Below are positions 24,682 to 33,716 of a stretch of 64,000 nt of DNA, one piece after another. This DNA is from an uncultured Gammaproteobacteria bacterium (lineage in GTDB: Bacteria; Pseudomonadota; Gammaproteobacteria; Pseudomonadales; Azotimanducaceae), in the NCBI GenBank assembly GCA_913045265.1, contig CAJWQX010000008.1, forward strand, positions 975 to 64,974, given 5' to 3'. The notes beneath the pieces were generated by a model. The model saw nothing but the letters and a program-made list of their open reading frames with translations, searched no databases and was not told the DNA's origin. How positions within the stretch are numbered: position 1 is the first letter of the stretch; the number at the start of each line of letters is the position of its first letter. The translations under genes and the position numbers were made by a program.

Positions 24682-25244
24682 CCATCAAATCTGATCGATG
24701 GATACGGGAAATGGCAGAGTCTCGGGGAATGATCGAGCCATTTGAACCGACTCAGGTACGCCGAGTCGACGGCCGACCAGTGATTTCCTTCGGCACGTCG
24801 AGTTACGGATACGACGTTAGGTGCGCGCCTGAGTTTAAGGTTTTTACGAACATTTTTTCCGTGACGGTTGATCCGAAGGCTTTTGACGATCGGAGTTTCG
24901 TCGATGTACGGGAAGAGTCCTGCATTATTCCACCGAACTCGTTTGCGTTAGCGAGTACCGTGGAGTATTTCCGGATACCGTCGGACGTTTTGACAATTTG
25001 CCTCGGAAAATCGACGTACGCTAGGTGCGGAATTATCGTCAATGTGACCCCGCTTGAACCGGAGTGGGAAGGAAATGTGACGCTTGAGTTTTCGAATACG
25101 ACGACGTTGCCGGCAAGAATATACGCCAACGAAGGGGTCGCCCAGATGCTTTTTATCCAGTCGGACGAACAGTGCGAAACTACATACAAAGATCGTGCCG
25201 GTAAGTACCAGGGCCAAACCGGCGTTACGATGCCGAAAACTTGA
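24678..25244 (+). CDS. dcd: dCTP deaminase
   Basis: 188 aa. [14 protein letters not shown] matches the Dcd N-terminus. The start overlaps the apbC stop (ATGA). Confidence 0.93.
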   Translation: MTIKSDRWIREMAESRGMIEPFEPTQVRRVDGRPVISFGTSSYGYDVRCAPEFKVFTNIFSVTVDPKAFDDRSFVDVREESCIIPPNSFALASTVEYFRIPSDVLTICLGKSTYARCGIIVNVTPLEPEWEGNVTLEFSNTTTLPARIYANEGVAQMLFIQSDEQCETTYKDRAGKYQGQTGVTMPKT

Positions 25245-25276
25245 TTTAAGCCTTTCAGCGACTAGCCTCTAACAGT

Positions 25277-26296
25277 CTATCCAAGCTCTACGTTTGCAAG
25301 TCCGATGACTAAATGGCCTTTCTGTACGTGGGCGCCTAACGATTCGATTCGTCCTATAACAACGGCGTCATCGGTTAGTTGTTCGAGTATTTGATCGACG
25401 TTCCCAGGGCGGCAAGCGATGACGAAACCGATGCCACAATTAAAAGTTCGAAGCATCTCCAGCTCGTCAATCCCCCCTTGCTGTTGTATCCAGTCGAAGA
25501 TACGTGGCCGTACCCAAGCGCCGAGGTCGATGTCGGCCACCAGGGTGCTCGAGAACATTCTTGGGATGTTCTCGATTAGTCCGCCGCCAGTTATATGGGA
25601 GAGCCCTGTAACTAAGGACACGATGGGCAATACAGAAGGCATGTATATGCGAGTCGGAGCCATCAACTGATTGAGCAAATCGTCGTTTAACGGACCAAAA
25701 TCGGCCATAACGCGTCGAATGAGAGAGAACCCGTTGGCGTGTGGACCCGAAGAAGTAACGCCGATGAGAACGTCTTCAGGCGCAACAGAATCACCTGTAA
25801 CGACTTCACTTCGTTCGACGACGCCCACGCAAAACCCGGCTAGGTCGTAATCGTGACCCTGGTAGAAACCTGGCATTTCGGCGGTTTCACCGCCAACCAA
25901 CGCGCATCCTGCGATTTCGCAGCCACGCGCGATGCCATTGATGACTCGTTCAGCGACGTCAAGGTCTAGTTTGCTGCTGGCAAAATAGTCAAGAAATAGA
26001 AATGCTTCTGCGCCGACAGCGAGAACATCGTTAACGCACATAGCTACCAAGTCCTGACCTACACCGTCGTGCATATTGTGGGTTACAGCGAGAGCAAGTT
26101 TTGTCCCGACACCATCTGTTCCGGTTACGAGCAGGGGTTCCTGATATTTCTCGGGGAGGCTTGCCAGGGCTGCGAAACCGCCGATGCCGCCCAATAGTTC
26201 GGGTCGATGAGTCCGCTTGGCAGCATCCTTAATTCGTTCCACCAGTTCGTTTCCAGCGTCGATATCGACGCCCGCTTCTCGGTATGTGAGACCCAA
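25277..26296 (-). CDS. purM: Phosphoribosylformylglycinamidine cyclo-ligase (AIR synthetase)
   Basis: LTYREAGVDIDAGN, GTDGVGTKL and GGETAEMPG match PurM. No purN follows it. Confidence 0.95.
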   Translation of the reverse strand: MGLTYREAGVDIDAGNELVERIKDAAKRTHRPELLGGIGGFAALASLPEKYQEPLLVTGTDGVGTKLALAVTHNMHDGVGQDLVAMCVNDVLAVGAEAFLFLDYFASSKLDLDVAERVINGIARGCEIAGCALVGGETAEMPGFYQGHDYDLAGFCVGVVERSEVVTGDSVAPEDVLIGVTSSGPHANGFSLIRRVMADFGPLNDDLLNQLMAPTRIYMPSVLPIVSLVTGLSHITGGGLIENIPRMFSSTLVADIDLGAWVRPRIFDWIQQQGGIDELEMLRTFNCGIGFVIACRPGNVDQILEQLTDDAVVIGRIESLGAHVQKGHLVIGLANVELG

Positions 26297-26376
26297 CGCG
26301 TCACCCCTCGCTCAAGAGCAGAAAGATCGGCGAGTTTACCAAATATTTTCGCTACACTGCTTCCGTTTGGCTCCCG

Positions 26377-27444
26377 ATGGAGCGGTTAATTGTGAAGAGA
26401 CTTCCTTCTTTATTGGTCTTGATGTGTTCGTGTTTTGAGACACGAGCTGACGTAATCGATTGGCTCTACGATGTCGAAGTTCCGGTAGCAACACAATCCT
26501 CTTCGGATATGCGAGCTGCAGCCGCGAGGGCGTTTGCTACCGTATTGACCCGGGTAACGGGCCTGAAAGTGATACCGCGGAACCCGATGGTTACAGCTGC
26601 GCTAAGAAATCCAGGGCGCTTTTACGCAAGGTACCGATTTGTGCGGAAAGCGGGCGGAGCAAAGGATGCTGTGGATCAGCAAACCGTACTCGAAGTCGGT
26701 TTCGACCCACGCACTGTTCAGGATCTTGTTCGGAGTGCGGCCCTACCTATTTGGAGCGCAAATAGACCCAAGGTTTTAGCTTGGATCGTTTTAGAAGAAG
26801 ACGTTCCTAGCCTTGCGGCCAGCGGCGATACCACTTCGTGGGTGCGAACAATTAAAGCTCGGAGCCGTGATCGGGGACTGCTCGTACAATTGCCCCTCAT
26901 GGACCTGGCAGATCGCGAGCGCATTTCGGGCTCGACTGTTTCGGGGGGGTTTTCGGAGCAGATACTAGGTGCAAGCGAACGATATGGTGCTCAATACGTT
27001 CTGACTGCGAGAATATGGATGGATCGTGGAGGGCTTTGGCACGGTGCCGGTGGGTTGATGTTTGAAGGAAGGCAAACGAACTTCGCGCATGAGGGGGAAA
27101 CAAGGGATGAGGTATGCGAAAAGGCATTAGACGCCGTCGCGGACGAACTAGTACAACGTTTCGTCGTTTTTGGCTTGCATACGGAAGGCATAAGTATTTG
27201 GGTTTCCGGGATAACGTCGGTTAGTGAGTACGGCTCGTTGTTGAGATATTTGCAATCGCTCGAGTTCATTGACCGGGTTGACGTGGCCGAGGTTTCAATC
27301 AATCAAATTCGAATCGTTGTACATACGCGGTCTACATTACGTCGACTGTCTGAACTGCTCTACTCTGATGGCGTAATTACCAGGGACGCCAGCAAGAATT
27401 CTGAATTCGACTCGAACCAATACGTATGGCGAGGCGAACAGTGA
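26377..27444 (+). CDS. Secreted DUF2066-family protein
   Basis: It has an N-terminal signal peptide (LPSLLVLMCSCFETRA). Its position divergent from purM and upstream of hda matches what I recall for DUF2066 genes in Pseudomonas-like genomes. The family call rests on context and memory, not on a motif. Confidence 0.5.
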   Translation: MERLIVKRLPSLLVLMCSCFETRADVIDWLYDVEVPVATQSSSDMRAAAARAFATVLTRVTGLKVIPRNPMVTAALRNPGRFYARYRFVRKAGGAKDAVDQQTVLEVGFDPRTVQDLVRSAALPIWSANRPKVLAWIVLEEDVPSLAASGDTTSWVRTIKARSRDRGLLVQLPLMDLADRERISGSTVSGGFSEQILGASERYGAQYVLTARIWMDRGGLWHGAGGLMFEGRQTNFAHEGETRDEVCEKALDAVADELVQRFVVFGLHTEGISIWVSGITSVSEYGSLLRYLQSLEFIDRVDVAEVSINQIRIVVHTRSTLRRLSELLYSDGVITRDASKNSEFDSNQYVWRGEQ

Positions 27445-28016
27445 TCCATCACTTACCAAATATCATCACGGTGGTACGGTTCGCGCTTATTTTCCCGACT
27501 GCATGGTTTATATGGAACGGGAACTACGCTGAAGCCTTGATCCTTATGTTGATAGCCGGCTTATCGGATGGACTGGATGGTGCGCTGGCTCGGGGGTATC
27601 GGTGGACCAGTAAGTTTGGCGAGATGGCCGATCCGTTAGCGGATAAATTGCTAGTGGGGGTGGTGTTTGTTTTGCTCACAATTCAGGGGCATATCCCATT
27701 CTGGGTTGCCGTGATAGTGATCGGACGTGACCTGGTAATAGTGTGCGGCGCAATGACGTTCCGGCAACTGTTTGGCACCTTAGAAATTGACCCGACGCTT
27801 ATAAGCAAAATCAACACAGGACTTCAGGTCATTGTCTTGGTCCTAACGTTGATCGATCTTTCGGACATGGAGTATCTGGCCGACCTTGCGGGACTATTGG
27901 TTGAGCCAGCGGGCATGTGGTTGGTGGCCGGCTTTTCTCTAGTTTCGGGATTTGACTACGTAATTACTTGGAGTCGTCGTGCGATCCGCGACTGGCGAAG
28001 CCCCGATGGCAGTTAA
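27426..28016 (+). CDS. CDP-alcohol phosphatidyltransferase family protein (PgsA-like paralog)
   Basis: It has a perfect CDP-alcohol transferase motif, DG-AL-AR-x8-G-x3-D-x3-D (DGALARGYRWTSKFGEMADPLAD). It is a multi-pass membrane protein of 196 aa. Confidence 0.85.
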   Translation: MARRTVIHHLPNIITVVRFALIFPTAWFIWNGNYAEALILMLIAGLSDGLDGALARGYRWTSKFGEMADPLADKLLVGVVFVLLTIQGHIPFWVAVIVIGRDLVIVCGAMTFRQLFGTLEIDPTLISKINTGLQVIVLVLTLIDLSDMEYLADLAGLLVEPAGMWLVAGFSLVSGFDYVITWSRRAIRDWRSPDGS

Positions 28017-28034
28017 GACAGGAAGGAGCGTGGA

Positions 28035-28694
28035 GTGTCGGACCAGCTTCCTCTGAAATTTCCTCTTCGTGAAGAATTTACTTTGGATCGATTTCGTGTG
28101 GGCCTTAATCGAGAATTGATCGAAACCGCGGCTTCAAATGAGCGAGTTTGGATTTATGGAGAAGCTCGCGTCGGGAAGACGCATTTAGCCCAGGCGATCT
28201 GCGGGCAGACCAAGCACTCCGCTTTTCTTCCTGGGAAAACTACATCGCCTTATGATGTTGATTTAGACAATTATGGGGCCTACCGACACCTGGTTATCGA
28301 CGATATCGACTGTTGGTTAGGACTTCGGGATGTTGAGGAACAGCTCTTAGCCCTGATAGAAACGAGGCTTGCAGCTGATCTTGGGTTTTTGATGACCGGT
28401 TCGGGTACGCCGCATCAGTTGAGTTTCTCAATCGATGATTTGGGGTCGAGGGTACGGTCGTTTCATTGCATGGAACTCAAAGCTTTACCGGACAGTGAAA
28501 AACGGCAGTGGCTGGTCGATGAAGTTAAGGAACGAGGACTTGAGTTGCCGGACGATGTTCTTGAATATCTATTTGCGCGGGTAGGGCGTTCGCAAGCAGA
28601 TCTCGTAGACGTTATTGAAAAGCTGGATTTTGAATCTTTAGCTCAATCTCGAAAGTTGACTATTCCATTTGTTCGTGGGGTTTTGAAACTTTGA
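28035..28694 (+). CDS. hda: DnaA regulatory inactivator Hda
   Basis: It starts QLPL and has the AAA+ Walker A GEARVGKTHLAQA and a box VII-like region. 219 aa. Its context downstream of the purM-divergent cluster fits Hda. Confidence 0.8.
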   Translation: MSDQLPLKFPLREEFTLDRFRVGLNRELIETAASNERVWIYGEARVGKTHLAQAICGQTKHSAFLPGKTTSPYDVDLDNYGAYRHLVIDDIDCWLGLRDVEEQLLALIETRLAADLGFLMTGSGTPHQLSFSIDDLGSRVRSFHCMELKALPDSEKRQWLVDEVKERGLELPDDVLEYLFARVGRSQADLVDVIEKLDFESLAQSRKLTIPFVRGVLKL

Positions 28695-29758
28695 GCAAGG
28701 TCGTATTTACGGGCGGTGGGAGTGCGGGACACGTTGTTCCCGCGCTCCCTGTCATGGAGTACTTGATTGCTCGGAGCTGGCAAGTCGTGTACATCGGTTC
28801 GAGTAGTGGCTTAGAGGAGCGATTGGTAGAACCCCTTGGAGTGGCGTTTCACTCGATTACGACCGGAAAGCTTCGTCGCTATTGGTCGATAGATAACTTG
28901 TTTGATTGTTTTCGCGTTCCGGTGGGTGTTGTTCAAGCTATTCGCATCTTGCGCAAAGAAGACCCGGATGTCGTTTTTTCGAAGGGAGGATACGTTGCAT
29001 TTCCAATTGTTGTTGCGGCCTGGCTTTTTAGAATTCCTGTGGTCGCGCACGAATCCGATGTATCACCGGGATTAGCCAATCGTCTATGTTTTTGGTTCGT
29101 CAATTCTTTGTGTGTCAATTTTGATTCGACGCAGGCATCTGTTCGCCGGCTAGTTGTTACCGGCACACCAATCCGTAAAGCGCTGTTGGAAGGAAACGCT
29201 GAAAGAGGTCGTGAGCTTCTAGATTTCCGAGAGAAACTACCCATAATTCTGGTGGTTGGTGGCAGTCTTGGCGCGGTGCGGTTGAATCGGCTGATCCGTG
29301 CAACGCTGGATCAGCTAACGGTCGAATTTAATGTGGTTCATGTATGCGGACCTGGAAACGCAGACGCAACCCGCGTAAACGATATCCGCTACCGCCAGCT
29401 CGAATACGTTGATGATGGTTGGGGTGACGTCCTTGCATGCGCAGATGTCGTTGTTTCTCGCGCAGGGGCCAACAGCGTAGTTGAATTATTAAGCCTCAGT
29501 AAACCGAATATTCTTGTGCCGCTCCCGGCGACAGCCAGTCGCGGAGACCAAATCGAAAACGCGGAGGTTGCCCGCTCCGCAGGTTACAGCGCGGTCCTCC
29601 AGGAAGATGAACTCAATGTCGAAATGCTGACACGGACCATTCGGGAGGTATTCTCCGATCGTAGTTTTTGGCGTAAACGTCTCTCGAAATTCAGATCAAA
29701 GGATTCCCTGGCGTTAATTATCTCCGAAATCGAAAGGGCGATAGCTAATGTCGATTGA
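28691..29758 (+). CDS. GT28 glycosyltransferase, MurG-like (Firmicute-type signature)
   Basis: FTGGGSAGHV, TGKLRRYWS, FSKGGYVAFP, HESDVSPGLANR, GGSLGA, SRAGANS and SRGDQIENA are present. The TTG start overlaps the hda stop (TTGA). Confidence 0.75.
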   Translation: MSKVVFTGGGSAGHVVPALPVMEYLIARSWQVVYIGSSSGLEERLVEPLGVAFHSITTGKLRRYWSIDNLFDCFRVPVGVVQAIRILRKEDPDVVFSKGGYVAFPIVVAAWLFRIPVVAHESDVSPGLANRLCFWFVNSLCVNFDSTQASVRRLVVTGTPIRKALLEGNAERGRELLDFREKLPIILVVGGSLGAVRLNRLIRATLDQLTVEFNVVHVCGPGNADATRVNDIRYRQLEYVDDGWGDVLACADVVVSRAGANSVVELLSLSKPNILVPLPATASRGDQIENAEVARSAGYSAVLQEDELNVEMLTRTIREVFSDRSFWRKRLSKFRSKDSLALIISEIERAIANVD

Positions 29759-29826
29759 TATTCGGATGGGAACAGTGATCAAATCGCGCGCTTGCGCCAC
29801 ACGGTAGGCAGGAAACCCAACTTCCG

Positions 29827-31011
29827 ATGTATCGAATTCGCACCTTCGATAATATCGCTGAGCGAGGCATTGCCGCGTTCGCCGCGGACAAGTTTCAGGT
29901 CGACGAAGATTTAAAGAGTCCTCATGCGATCTTATTGCGAAGTCACAATTTGACAATTGACGAATTGGACACGTACGTCGCCGCCGTTGCTAGAGCTGGC
30001 GCGGGAGTAAACAACATCCCCGTTGATGTTTGTACCGAACGTGGCATCGTGGTCTTCAACACGCCCGGGGCCAATGCCAATTCGGTTAAAGAGATAGTTC
30101 TTGCTGCTTTGTTACTGTCCGCCCGGGATATCGTTGGAGGTATGCGATTCGTTCGAACGCTCCAAGATGTCAAAGAAGAAATTGACGTCAGCGCCAAAGT
30201 GGAATCGGAAAAAAAACGGTTCAGGGGTAGGGAACTGACTGGTCGGACGTTAGGGGTGATAGGTCTTGGATCGGTTGGTTCTATTGTGGCCAAGGCAGCG
30301 CTGGATCTTGGTATGGATGTTGTTGGTTACGACCCAGCGCTATCCATCGACGCGGCTTGGCGTCTTCCAAGCCAGGTTGTACGCATGGAGAATTTACCGA
30401 GTCTTTTTTCTCGCTCGGAGCTTGTTTCTTTGCATGTGCCGGCAAATCCAGAGACAAGCTCGATGATCAATGCCGAGACGTTGGCGAGTTTTCGACCGGG
30501 CACCGCGTTGTTGAACTTTGCTCGCGAAGAAATTGTCGACGTTCCGGCCGTTGTCAATGCGCTCGATACGGGAATTCTGTCGTACTACTTTACTGATTTT
30601 CCAAATTCACTTCTAAGTGGGCACGACCGAGCGCACGCAATGCCGCACATAGGCGCATCGACAACCGAAGCCGAAGAAAATTGTGCCGTGATGGCAGCGC
30701 GTCAACTCGATACGTTTTTGCAATATGGAAATATCGAGAATTCGGTCAATTTTCCCACAATTTCTATGGAGCCTAGTGAAGGACACCGAATCGGAATCTC
30801 GAATAAGAATGTCGCCGGTTCACTCGGTGGGTTGTTATCCGTGCTCGCTGATCGTCAGATTAATGTCATCGATTTGATCAATAAGAGTCGCGGCGAGATT
30901 GCCTACAACTTGATCGACATCGCGGATCCACCGAGCGATCAAATTCTTGCCGACCTTTTAGCCATTGAGACCGTTATTGGTGTACGCGCGATCGCAAATG
31001 AGATTGTCTAG
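29827..31011 (+). CDS. serA: D-3-phosphoglycerate dehydrogenase (about 390-aa form with a C-terminal ACT domain)
   Basis: It has the NAD Rossmann motif GVIGLGSVGS, a D-2-hydroxyacid dehydrogenase catalytic region (HIGAST.EA) and an ACT-like tail (ISNKNVAGSLGGLLSVLADRQINV). Confidence 0.8.
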   Translation: MYRIRTFDNIAERGIAAFAADKFQVDEDLKSPHAILLRSHNLTIDELDTYVAAVARAGAGVNNIPVDVCTERGIVVFNTPGANANSVKEIVLAALLLSARDIVGGMRFVRTLQDVKEEIDVSAKVESEKKRFRGRELTGRTLGVIGLGSVGSIVAKAALDLGMDVVGYDPALSIDAAWRLPSQVVRMENLPSLFSRSELVSLHVPANPETSSMINAETLASFRPGTALLNFAREEIVDVPAVVNALDTGILSYYFTDFPNSLLSGHDRAHAMPHIGASTTEAEENCAVMAARQLDTFLQYGNIENSVNFPTISMEPSEGHRIGISNKNVAGSLGGLLSVLADRQINVIDLINKSRGEIAYNLIDIADPPSDQILADLLAIETVIGVRAIANEIV

Positions 31012-32788
31012 TGAAGGGATTTGGGCGCCTCTTTTGACGTTCCACAAATCGTCCCGGTTCCATTACTTCTAACGCCTGCTTATCTATTGGGGGGAGTTCT
31101 CCAACGATACTACTGGCGATGTTTTCGGCCGCCAGTAACGAACTTGTGGTGGCGGAGCTCCCATAACCGAGGCTGAGCCATAATGTCTCCGCCGCCTGAC
31201 CAATGATCGGGGCTCGGTCAGAAGTAACACAACGCCATCCCCGGTAACGTTGCACCCACCGAAATAGCGCGTGTCCGAACAGCGTCCTTAATCGGGCGCG
31301 ATTGATATGAGTGGCGGCGCTTGGGTCCCATCTACCGTGTTCGTACGTAGACCCTGACGTCAATATTGAAGGAGTTGATGGGATCACGTACCCATCGTCG
31401 ACAACGGTGGTTTTTAACAGATCGAACCCGGATAGCGATCTAAAGCGATCGATTTGTCCAGGTACCGTCATAACCTCGAGTGGAGGAAGTCCTAACCGCT
31501 GGGGAATTGTTGTCCCCGTTGCAATTACGGTTGGTAGAGATAAATCTTGGCTTAGTACTCCCTTGATCAGCTCGATCCGCGGGTGGCTAATTAGTTTTCT
31601 ACAAAGGTCCGGAACGCTAACGACGGTTGATTTTAGAAAATAAACCGCGGGCCCGGGTAACGTGGTGCCTGCTATATCTGATGCCTCGTCTGCCTGGACA
31701 AATTGGACCCAATCGCCAAGCGTTTCTGTCATCGACAGCAGTTGGGCGTGCGTCGTGTTTGGGCCTTGAAGCTGAAGTAAGCCGTTGGACTCGGAGCTTA
31801 GGATCGAGGCAATCAAAGGTATTGAGAACGTGTACCCTTGCACGCGGCGGTTCGCGTCTGGAGATCGAGGGTCGGACAGACGCACGTGAGTGATGGCAGA
31901 TGGAACGCTTGATGTCGATTGGGCGACCTGGCCAGTCGGATCCAGCATGGTGACATTGATTCCTTTTTTTGCGAGCGCGTTTGCTGCCGCGCATCCGGCG
32001 AGCCCAGCGCCCGCGACCACGGCCTCCGATGGAGGAAGGCGCGGTTTGAACCGAGGTGTTGTTAACCAGCCGCATAGAGTATGGCGTTTATCAGGCAAAC
32101 TGTTTATGCGCTCTACATGGAAACCGCTCTTTTGTAAGATTCGTCGGATGCTTCCTGCGGAAGAGAAAGTAGTAACGGTCCCGTCTTCACGAGTGCGTGT
32201 GTGCAATCTCGAGAGCAGCGATTCTTGCCACATGGCTGGGTTGCGGTCCGGGGAGAACCCATCCAAGAACCAAGCGTCTACACCTTGTTGGTCTCGCTCG
32301 AAAAAGTCTCTAAGACCGGTAGCCACCTCCCCTACGTATAGTGAAAGTTCGATATTCCCGCCCTTGAAGAAGCGACGATGCCAACCGGTAACGGCGGGAG
32401 GATATTGGTTCCATAGTTGGTCGACGAACGGTAGGGATTTTCCCCAGGTTTGTCCGATCTGTTTAAGATCACGTCGTGTCAACGGGTGTTTTTCGAAGCT
32501 CACGAACCGAAGTCGGGTCGGCTTGCAGCGTTGTCTAAGGAACTCCGTTGCAGTGACCACGAAGTTCAAGCCCGTTCCGAAGCCGAATTCAACCACCGTG
32601 AAAACAGGGCCCCGCCCCATCCGTTCGACTAGTTTTGCTGGTTCCAAGAAAACGCGGTAGCTGTCGACCGAGCCACCTGTCGAGAAGTAGATGTCCTGAT
32701 AGCGTGGCGAAAATACTCGCCCATCGCGAATTTCAATTAACGCTGGTTCGATTATGGTGATATCGGTCGCGCGGGATTTTGAATCCAT
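30974..32788 (-). CDS. mnmC: Bifunctional tRNA mnm5s2U34 methyltransferase / FAD-dependent cmnm5s2U oxidoreductase
   Basis: The N-terminal MnmD part has SPRYQDIYFS, EFGFGTGLNF and DAWFLDGFSP. The C-terminal DAO domain has VVAGAGLAGCAAA. I chose the start ATG at 32788 (MDSKSR), which lies inside the 3' end of the upstream rhodanese gene. Confidence 0.88.
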   Translation of the reverse strand: MDSKSRATDITIIEPALIEIRDGRVFSPRYQDIYFSTGGSVDSYRVFLEPAKLVERMGRGPVFTVVEFGFGTGLNFVVTATEFLRQRCKPTRLRFVSFEKHPLTRRDLKQIGQTWGKSLPFVDQLWNQYPPAVTGWHRRFFKGGNIELSLYVGEVATGLRDFFERDQQGVDAWFLDGFSPDRNPAMWQESLLSRLHTRTREDGTVTTFSSAGSIRRILQKSGFHVERINSLPDKRHTLCGWLTTPRFKPRLPPSEAVVAGAGLAGCAAANALAKKGINVTMLDPTGQVAQSTSSVPSAITHVRLSDPRSPDANRRVQGYTFSIPLIASILSSESNGLLQLQGPNTTHAQLLSMTETLGDWVQFVQADEASDIAGTTLPGPAVYFLKSTVVSVPDLCRKLISHPRIELIKGVLSQDLSLPTVIATGTTIPQRLGLPPLEVMTVPGQIDRFRSLSGFDLLKTTVVDDGYVIPSTPSILTSGSTYEHGRWDPSAATHINRARLRTLFGHALFRWVQRYRGWRCVTSDRAPIIGQAAETLWLSLGYGSSATTSSLLAAENIASSIVGELPPIDKQALEVMEPGRFVERQKRRPNPFTRQSHLRSRVHQ

Positions 32789-33564
32789 TCGCTCCACGAT
32801 CCGGGATACAAGGCTGGCTCTGGCAGACCAGCGAGTAGGATAGCCATGATGTTTTGGGTTGCCGAAACCCCCGAACCGCAGTAACAAACGACATCCAGAT
32901 CGCCGCTAAGCGCGTTGAATTGGGAGCTCCGCGTGTCGAGCTTCCCGTCGGTTGATAAATTGGCCTCGTAAGGTCGACATAGAGCTCCGGGAATGTGTCC
33001 GGCTTTGGCGTCGATGGGCTCGACTTCACCGCGAAATCTCTCGACTGCCCGCGCATCGATCAGTGTGTAGCTATGATTTTGTATGTCCTCCGCTGAAACG
33101 GTACGGGTGCGCGAAGATTTGGCTACGAATTGGGATCTCTTTTGCTTCGGAACGTCTGTAGACAAACTCTTGCCAAAGCTAAGCCAACTACCCAAACCGC
33201 CATTTAATACTTTGACTTGCTTAATCCCCACCCAACGAGCCATCCACCAGAATCGACAGGCGTAGACGTTGTCGTTTGAGTCGTAGGGAATGAGCAACGT
33301 GTCGTGGGTGATACCCCAGCAGCTTAAAAGGTCCACGAATAATTGGCGTGTAGGCAGTGGATGCCGACCGCGCGTGCCGGGCGGAGCAGAGAGATGGGTG
33401 TTTAGATTCGCGAAAATGGCGCCAGGTAAGTGACCGCGAGAATATTCCTTTTGGCCCCAGCAAGGGTCATCAAGCTTGGCGCGACAGTCGATGAGTACAC
33501 AGTTTTCGATTCCGATTATTCGCGTTAGTTCGCTCACCTCGATGAGCAGTTCGTTTTTACGCAT
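32752..33564 (-). CDS. sseA: Tandem-rhodanese sulfurtransferase (3-mercaptopyruvate sulfurtransferase-like)
   Basis: It has two rhodanese domains and the active-site loop CYCGSGVSA (CGSGV-type, as in SseA/MST). The start is either ATG 33564 or 33594. Confidence 0.7.
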   Translation of the reverse strand: MRKNELLIEVSELTRIIGIENCVLIDCRAKLDDPCWGQKEYSRGHLPGAIFANLNTHLSAPPGTRGRHPLPTRQLFVDLLSCWGITHDTLLIPYDSNDNVYACRFWWMARWVGIKQVKVLNGGLGSWLSFGKSLSTDVPKQKRSQFVAKSSRTRTVSAEDIQNHSYTLIDARAVERFRGEVEPIDAKAGHIPGALCRPYEANLSTDGKLDTRSSQFNALSGDLDVVCYCGSGVSATQNIMAILLAGLPEPALYPGSWSEWIQNPARPISP

Positions 33565-33716
33565 GGACAATACTTGGCAAAGAAAGCGGACCATTCGTTG
33601 ATCGTAGCCGCGACATCGTTAGGGTTACCGGATAGTGACTCATTCTGCACTCAGTAGTAATTGTCGGTGCAAATTGTCAAAATGCGCCTGACGGATTGTT
33701 TTTGCAGGAGTCCTGA

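Noticed and set aside
31890-32660. A 256-aa ORF antisense to mnmC. Similar long antisense ORFs occur at 50578-51180 (antisense to the dnaE/tilS region), 62812-63294 (antisense to recA), 3002-3544, 39103-39552 and 18585-19028.
   Set aside because: Each lies entirely inside, and antisense to, a gene with strong family signatures. Their translations are low-complexity and Arg/Ser/Pro-rich with no recognisable motifs, which is typical of chance open frames opposite real genes.
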